Source: an uncultured Acetatifactor sp.
GTDB lineage: Bacteria; Bacillota; Clostridia; Lachnospirales; Lachnospiraceae
NCBI GenBank assembly: GCA_910577185.1
Contig: CAJTLR010000004.1
Span: forward strand, 21,399-85,398
Length of the DNA: 64,000 nucleotides
Reading direction: 5' to 3'
Made by a program: the position numbers and the translations under genes. The notes beneath the pieces were generated by a model. That model ran no database searches and had not been told where the DNA came from. It worked only from the letters and a program-made list of their open reading frames with translations. This document shows, piece by piece, positions 57,891 through 64,000 of the stretch (position 1 is its first letter; each line of letters begins with the position of its first letter).

Positions 57891-59039
57891 ATGCTTATCG
57901 GAATAAAAAATGCTGCAAAGCTGACCGGCATTTCCGTGATGTCCTGCTGTGCCGTGCTTGTATGTACAATGTTCCTGAATTTTTACCTGGATATTCAGTC
58001 CCTTGAACGTGAACTGACATCAGAATTGCCGCTGGTCTTTTATCATGCGCTGGTATCGACGGCAAAGGTAGTCTGTCTTGTCAGCGGTGGCAGTCTGCTG
58101 CTAACTTCGATGGTTATGCTGATGTTTTATATTAAGAATTATATTGATACCCACAGAAAAGAGCTTGGTATCTTAAAGGCTTTGGGCTATTCCAATCTGA
58201 AAGTTGCAAAAAACTTCTGGGTATTTGGATTGAGTGCGTTTATCGGAACCGCAATTGGCTTCGGAGGCGCATTTCTTCTGATGCCTGGATTTTATGCCCT
58301 GCAAAATGAAGATAAAATGCTTCCGGAGATAGCCATACACTTTCATCCGACCGTTTTTGTTTATTTTGTGATATTGCCCACAGCCGGTTTTTCCCTGCTT
58401 GCAATCGGTTATGCCTGGTTTAAGCTGAGGAAGCCTGTGCTATGGCTTCTGAAAAACGAATTTCAATCCTCGGTCAGACCCGGGAAATATCATAAAATTC
58501 ACTCCGCCGGATGCTCTTTTACCGAGGAGCTGAAAAGGACTACTTTGAGAAGCAGGAAGGTACTTACATTTTTCATCATTTTTGCTTCGTTCTGCTTTTC
58601 TTCCATGATGCAGATGTCCTTCAGCATGAAAGACCTGTCAAGTGAAATGATGGGGGCAATGATGTTTGTAATCGGTCTTGCACTGGCATTTACCACATTA
58701 TTCCTTGCCATCACTACAGTCATAAAAGGAAATACAAAGACCATCGCCATGATGAGAGTGTTTGGTTATTCACAAAAAGAATGCTGCAGGGCAATTCTTG
58801 ATGGATACAGATCCATGGCCTACATAGGATTTGTCATTGGAACAGGATATCAGTACGCGCTGCTCCGGGTTATGGTTGATATGGTATTCAGGGATATGGA
58901 GGGCATTCCTGCATATGAGTTTGATTTCCCTGCCATGCTTGTCTCGCTGGTTATTTTTATGATAGTTTATGAAATTCTGATGTATGTATATTCCGATAAA
59001 ATAAAGAAGATTTCAATGAAAGAAGTCATGATGGAATAA
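57891..59039 (+). CDS. FtsX-like ABC permease
   Basis: ELGILKALGYS; IAMMRVFGYS. Confidence 0.9.
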   Translation: MLIGIKNAAKLTGISVMSCCAVLVCTMFLNFYLDIQSLERELTSELPLVFYHALVSTAKVVCLVSGGSLLLTSMVMLMFYIKNYIDTHRKELGILKALGYSNLKVAKNFWVFGLSAFIGTAIGFGGAFLLMPGFYALQNEDKMLPEIAIHFHPTVFVYFVILPTAGFSLLAIGYAWFKLRKPVLWLLKNEFQSSVRPGKYHKIHSAGCSFTEELKRTTLRSRKVLTFFIIFASFCFSSMMQMSFSMKDLSSEMMGAMMFVIGLALAFTTLFLAITTVIKGNTKTIAMMRVFGYSQKECCRAILDGYRSMAYIGFVIGTGYQYALLRVMVDMVFRDMEGIPAYEFDFPAMLVSLVIFMIVYEILMYVYSDKIKKISMKEVMME

Positions 59040-59216
59040 AGGGCATGATAAACCAATGGATACACTGCCTGTATGGGGCAGTAAAGCCTGTGGCGAATAT
59101 TTGATTGGGGCAAAAGATATGATGGCGGTAAATGGGAGAGAAATAATGCCGGATATGGTGTTTTCTCCGGAAAAAAGAGGCAGGGTGGAAGAAAATCCCA
59201 CAGTAAGGGAGCAGCC

Positions 59217-59762
59217 ATGAAATATAATCAAATAATAGAATTAAAAAATGGTATGGAATGCTGTCTGAGAAACGGCACAGAACATGATGGACAGGCGGTA
59301 CTGGATAATTTATACTTAACACATGGGCAGACGGATTATTTACTTTCCTATCCGGACGAAAATCGTTTTGATGCCATGCAGGAGGGCCGGCTTCTGAAAG
59401 AAAAATCCGAAAGTGAAAATGAGATTGAAATCCTCGCCGTAGTTGACAATGTGGTCATAGGAACCGCCGGAATAGAAGCGGCAGGCACAAAATACAAAGT
59501 ACGGCACCGCGCCGAATTTGGCATCAGTGTGGCAAAAGAATTTTGGGGACTGGGGATAGGACAGGCCTTGATGAACGCATGTATTGACTGTGCAAGGGCT
59601 GCGGGATACATTCAGCTTGAGCTGGATGTGGCTGCCGAAAATGTAAGAGCTTTGACCATGTACCAGAAAGCCGGGTTTGCCGAATACGGCAGGAATCCCA
59701 AAGGTTTTCGTTCCCGCACGGCAGGATTTCAGGAAATTATCCATATGAGGCTGGAATTGTGA
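59217..59762 (+). CDS. GNAT acetyltransferase
   Basis: FWGLGIGQAL acetyl-CoA motif; NVRALTMYQKAGF. Confidence 0.92.
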   Translation: MKYNQIIELKNGMECCLRNGTEHDGQAVLDNLYLTHGQTDYLLSYPDENRFDAMQEGRLLKEKSESENEIEILAVVDNVVIGTAGIEAAGTKYKVRHRAEFGISVAKEFWGLGIGQALMNACIDCARAAGYIQLELDVAAENVRALTMYQKAGFAEYGRNPKGFRSRTAGFQEIIHMRLEL

Positions 59763-59875
59763 GAGACATGACATGTTCTGCCTGTGGAACAGAACGGGGA
59801 TTTCAGAGAAGAAGACGAAAGGACGGCACGCACGGCGGTTTTTAAGCCTTTTGGGAATGGACAGGCCGTGGGGCA

Positions 59876-60307
59876 TTATGGAAAAGGAATCCCTGTTTTT
59901 TTCATATGATTTTCCATGGTCAGCTCATGACCATGATCCCGGAGCCATTTCCGATAGATTTTGTATTCCGGCAGAACAGAGGCAACCATGTTCCAGAAAT
60001 CTTTGGAGTGATTCATATGGGTCAGATGACAGAGCTCATGAACCACCACATAGTCCAGTATCACGGGGGGAGCGAAGATCAGGCGGTAATTGAAGGATAA
60101 AGTGCCCCTGGAAGAGCAGCTTCCCCATCTGGTCTTCTGGTCCCTGACCGTGATGGAGGTATACTTTCCTCCGGTCAGCGTATGATAATATGCCGTCCGG
60201 TTTTCAAATTGTTTCCGGGCATTGTCCCGGTACCGTCTTTCCAGGACTTGCAGCCTTCTAATCTCTGCTTCTGTAAGATATGCCGCCTGCTGTGTCATCT
60301 GTATCAT
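59876..60307 (-). CDS. M48/YgjP-like zinc-dependent hydrolase (short form)
   Basis: QKTRWGSCS; YVVVHELCH (HExxH); NHSKDFW; start uncertain. Confidence 0.85.
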   Translation of the reverse strand: MIQMTQQAAYLTEAEIRRLQVLERRYRDNARKQFENRTAYYHTLTGGKYTSITVRDQKTRWGSCSSRGTLSFNYRLIFAPPVILDYVVVHELCHLTHMNHSKDFWNMVASVLPEYKIYRKWLRDHGHELTMENHMKKTGIPFP

Positions 60308-60314
60308 CTGTCCT

Positions 60315-61481
60315 TTACACCATTTGTTTATCAACTTCGATGACAGTAAAATAGCTGGGATTCTGTTCCTGAATCCGTGTCTGTATCAATGCCGTCAGCT
60401 CACTGTCTGTCAGGGAAAAATCATAGGGGGTTACCACATCAAAAATCAGGTTGGTGTGGGTGGGGCCGGTGACAATGCGGAAATCGTGCAGGGTCAGCGT
60501 CTTGTCGATGCCGTGGATACAGTCCTGGGCCAGCGCCTTGAGCCGGGAGGTTTCCTCGTCACCCACACAGACCGGATCCATGTGGATGACCGCATGGCAG
60601 TTCAGGCTGTCACGCAGTTCGTGTTCAATGGTATCGATGACATCGTGAAGGTCCAGGAAATTGCCATCTGCGGGCACTTCCGCATGGAGGGAAATGAGAA
60701 CCCTGCCAGGGCCGTAATTATGTACAATCAGGTCGTGCAGGCTGAGGATTTCCTTGTGTGCCATGACGATGTCGCTGATCTGCCGGACGAATTCTTTGTC
60801 AGGCGCCTGGCCCAGCAGGGGACTGATGGTATCCCTGGCGGCGCTGTATCCCGCATAGCAGATGAAGAGTCCCACCAGCAGTCCGCACCAGCCGTCGATG
60901 GCAATCTGGGCAAAATGGGCGATGAGGGTGGAACCCAGTACCGCGGTGGTGGAGAGGGCGTCGCTGAAGGAATCGGTGGCGGTGGCGGTCATGGCCGCGG
61001 AATCCAGCCTTTTTCCCAGCTGTCTGTTGTACAGGAACATGTAGCATTTTACCAGAATGGATGCCACCAGAATCAATATGACCACAGGGGAAAAAGTCAG
61101 CTGTTCCGGATGCAGGATTTTGAAAAAGGAACTTTTCAGCAGTTCCGCCCCCATCAGAAGAATGATGACGGAAACCAGGAAGCCTGCCACATACTCAATG
61201 CGGCCGTGTCCGAAAGGATGATGGGGATCCGGTTTCTGACCGGCCATCTTAAAGCCGATAAGGGTGATGATGGAGGATCCGGCATCTGACAGATTGTTGA
61301 AGGCATCTGCCGTGATGGCGATGGAATGGCTCAGGGAACCCGCGATAAATTTTCCGGCAAACAGACATAAATTTAAGAAAATTCCCACGGCACCGCACAA
61401 AATACCGTATGCCTGACGGACGGCGGGGTCTTTGTCCCCTTTGGGGTTTTTGATAAAAAGTCTGGCAAGCAGAGTGATCAT
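60315..61481 (-). CDS. Cation diffusion facilitator family transporter
   Basis: ADAFNNLSD; HPFGHGRIEY; HDLIVHNYGP. Confidence 0.94.
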   Translation of the reverse strand: MITLLARLFIKNPKGDKDPAVRQAYGILCGAVGIFLNLCLFAGKFIAGSLSHSIAITADAFNNLSDAGSSIITLIGFKMAGQKPDPHHPFGHGRIEYVAGFLVSVIILLMGAELLKSSFFKILHPEQLTFSPVVILILVASILVKCYMFLYNRQLGKRLDSAAMTATATDSFSDALSTTAVLGSTLIAHFAQIAIDGWCGLLVGLFICYAGYSAARDTISPLLGQAPDKEFVRQISDIVMAHKEILSLHDLIVHNYGPGRVLISLHAEVPADGNFLDLHDVIDTIEHELRDSLNCHAVIHMDPVCVGDEETSRLKALAQDCIHGIDKTLTLHDFRIVTGPTHTNLIFDVVTPYDFSLTDSELTALIQTRIQEQNPSYFTVIEVDKQMV

Positions 61482-61732
61482 AACGTTCTCCTTTGATGAT
61501 AATTCTTTAAGTATAGCAACAGCCCGGGCAAAATGCAAGTGTGGCTTGAATTATGGAGGAAAATATGTTAAGATTTTTGTGGCAGAAAATGCATGCTTTT
61601 TTCGGCCGCATGCTTTTTGCGTTTTATGTAAATGAAATGTGCCTTGTGTATGGCAGGGCTTATGCTGTTTAAAAAAGAAAGCGCCCGCAGTCCGGGACAG
61701 ACCGGAGGGGCGTAGTGTTAAGGAGAGAAGAT

Positions 61733-63277
61733 ATGAGCAAAAAACCGGTAGTGCTGATGATTCTGGATGGGTATGGACTGAATGAAAGACAGGATGGAAA
61801 TGCGGTGGCGCTGGCAAAGACACCCGTGATGGACAGACTGATGCGGGAGTGCCCTTATGTGAGGGGAAATGCCAGCGGAATGGCAGTGGGACTGCCCGAC
61901 GGACAGATGGGGAATTCGGAAGTGGGACACCTGAACATGGGCGCAGGCCGTATCGTGTACCAGGAACTGACCAGAATAACAAAAGAGATCCAGGATGGAA
62001 CCTTTTTTGAGAATCCCGCGCTGTTAAAGGCGGTGGAAAACTGTAAGAAAAACGACAGTGCCCTTCATCTGATGGGGCTTTTGTCCGACGGCGGTGTGCA
62101 CAGCCACAATACACATCTCTATGGTCTGCTGGAACTGGCGAAGAGAAGCGGTCTGGAGAAAGTGTTTGTTCACTGTTTCCTGGATGGAAGGGACACGCCT
62201 CCTGCCAGCGGCAAAGGGTATGCCGAGGCGCTGGAAGCCGAAATGAAAAAAATCGGCGTGGGTAAAATTGCGTCTGTTATGGGACGGTATTACGTAATGG
62301 ACAGGGATAATAATTATGACCGTGTCAGGCTTGCCTATGACGCCATGACCAGGGGCCAGGGACTTACCAGTGCGGACGGAGTTACCGGGATCCAGGAATC
62401 CTATGACAGGGACGAGACTGATGAGTTTGTAAAGCCCACGCTGGCTTTGGAAAACGGAAAGCCGGTGGCCACAATCATGGATGGGGATTCCGTTATTTTC
62501 TTTAATTTCCGTCCGGACAGGGCAAGGGAGATTACCAGGGCTTTCTGTGATGATGATTTTAAGGGATTTGACAGAGGCGCCAGAAAAGACATTACGTATG
62601 TGTGCTTTTCCGATTATGATCCCACCATTCCCAATAAGGATGTGGCGTTCCATAAAGTGTCCGTGACCAATACCTTCGGGGAGTGGCTGGCTGCAAACGG
62701 CATGAAGCAGGCCAGGATTGCGGAGACGGAAAAATATGCCCATGTTACATTTTTCTTCAACGGCGGTGTGGAAGAACCCAACGAAGGCGAGGACCGGGTG
62801 CTGGTAAATTCTCCCAAGGATGTTGCCACATATGACCTGAAACCCCAGATGAGCGCTTATGAGGTATGCGATAAGCTCTGCGGCGCCATTCGTTCCGGCG
62901 AATATGATGTGATCATCATTAATTTTGCCAATCCGGATATGGTGGGCCATACGGGCGTGCTGGAAGCGGCCGTCAAGGCGGTGGAAGCGGTAGACGAGTG
63001 TGTGGGCAGGGCGGCAGAGGCCATAAAGGAAGTGGATGGCGCCATGTTCATCTGCGCCGACCACGGCAATGCGGAGATGCTGGTGGACTATGAGACCGGG
63101 GAACCTTTTACGGCGCACACCACGAACCAGGTACCTTTCATTCTGGTGAATTATGACGAGGCCTATACTTTAAGGGAAAACGGATGCCTGGCGGATATTG
63201 TGCCAACTCTCATCGAGATTATGGGGAAAGAGCAGCCTTCCGAGATGACCGGGAAATCCCTTCTGCAGAAAAGATAA
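61733..63277 (+). CDS. gpmI: 2,3-bisphosphoglycerate-independent phosphoglycerate mutase
   Basis: ILDGYG; MGNSEVGH; NPDMVGHTG; ADHGNAE. Confidence 0.98.
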   Translation: MSKKPVVLMILDGYGLNERQDGNAVALAKTPVMDRLMRECPYVRGNASGMAVGLPDGQMGNSEVGHLNMGAGRIVYQELTRITKEIQDGTFFENPALLKAVENCKKNDSALHLMGLLSDGGVHSHNTHLYGLLELAKRSGLEKVFVHCFLDGRDTPPASGKGYAEALEAEMKKIGVGKIASVMGRYYVMDRDNNYDRVRLAYDAMTRGQGLTSADGVTGIQESYDRDETDEFVKPTLALENGKPVATIMDGDSVIFFNFRPDRAREITRAFCDDDFKGFDRGARKDITYVCFSDYDPTIPNKDVAFHKVSVTNTFGEWLAANGMKQARIAETEKYAHVTFFFNGGVEEPNEGEDRVLVNSPKDVATYDLKPQMSAYEVCDKLCGAIRSGEYDVIIINFANPDMVGHTGVLEAAVKAVEAVDECVGRAAEAIKEVDGAMFICADHGNAEMLVDYETGEPFTAHTTNQVPFILVNYDEAYTLRENGCLADIVPTLIEIMGKEQPSEMTGKSLLQKR

Positions 63278-63288
63278 AATTTCAGGCG

Positions 63289-63424
63289 CCTTATGCGAGG
63301 CGCTATGTATGTGAAATAAAAAGCGAAGAGCATAAGGGCCAGAGGATTTCCGCGGGAAAATGCCCGGGGAAATCTCTCTGAGGGACAAGCCCTTATGCGA
63401 AGCGCATTGTATGTGGAATAAAAA
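63289..63424. repeat. Composite intergenic repeat: two 34-bp direct repeats around a palindromic core
   Basis: 63289-63322 vs 63391-63424 (30/34 identical); inverted GCATAAGGGC at 63330. Confidence 0.8.
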
Positions 63425-63440
63425 ATAAGGAGAAGCACAT

Positions 63441-64000
63441 ATGGCGAAAGTGGTATTGGGAAAAACCGGCATCACGGTAGAGAAAAACGCGTTCGGGGCA
63501 TTGCCCATCCAGCGGATTTCCACGGAGGAGGCGGTGCGGCTTCTCCGCAAGGCCTATGATCATGGAATGACCTTTTTTGACACGGCCCGTTTTTATACGG
63601 ACAGCGAGGAGAAACTGGGAGCCGCTTTTGAGGGAATGCGGGAAAAGGTATATATTGCCACAAAAACCGGTGCGGCAGATGCGGAGGGATTCTGGAAGGA
63701 CATACACACTTCCCTGGGGAACCTGCGCACGGATTACATTGACCTTTACCAGTTCCACAACCCTGCATTCTGTCCGAAGCCGGGGGATGGCAGCGGCCTG
63801 TATGAGGCCATGCTGGAGGCCAGGGAAAAAGGGATGGTACGTCACATCGGCATTACGAACCACCGGCTGGGAGTGGCGCAGGAGGCAATCGAAAGCGGGC
63901 TTTACGAGACCCTGCAGTTTCCCTTCTGTTATCTTGCCACGGAAAAGGACATTGCGCTGGTGGAAAAGTGCAGGGAGGCAGGCATGGGATTCATTGCCAT
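63441..64000 (+). CDS. Aldo/keto reductase (3' partial)
   Basis: TAAGGAG RBS; MAKVVLGKTG...FGALPIQR, FFDTARFYTDSEEKLG, LRTDYIDLYQFH. Confidence 0.92.
   Translation, partial: MAKVVLGKTGITVEKNAFGALPIQRISTEEAVRLLRKAYDHGMTFFDTARFYTDSEEKLGAAFEGMREKVYIATKTGAADAEGFWKDIHTSLGNLRTDYIDLYQFHNPAFCPKPGDGSGLYEAMLEAREKGMVRHIGITNHRLGVAQEAIESGLYETLQFPFCYLATEKDIALVEKCREAGMGFIA

Overview
64 kb of a motile Clostridia-type chromosome; gene content and order suggest Lachnospiraceae (inference). 1-23.9 kb is the distal part of a flagellar/chemotaxis operon (fliK to fliA plus downstream genes) with no cheB/cheA/cheW inside it. rpsB-tsf follows at 24.2-26.1 kb. About 34 kb of accessory mosaic (26.1-59.8 kb) comes next: a LytTR/GHKL pair, a decaying corrinoid methyltransferase cluster (three genes collapsed by internal deletions), unknown genes behind a consensus sigma-28 promoter, a GyrI-like gene split by a 166-bp structured insertion, a divergent hicA/hicB pair, two unannotated 26-aa amphipathic peptides, and an AT-rich two-gene module encoding a soluble histidine-kinase-like protein plus a receiver domain fused to an RxxxxH (HEPN-like) region. 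That module is the best candidate for an undescribed phospho-switched defence system. Three regulator/ABC transporter modules follow. The window ends with an M48/YgjP-like gene, a CDF transporter, gpmI and a partial aldo/keto reductase. No rRNA, tRNA, CRISPR array, integrase or transposase was recognised. All family calls come from reading motifs by eye, not from database searches.
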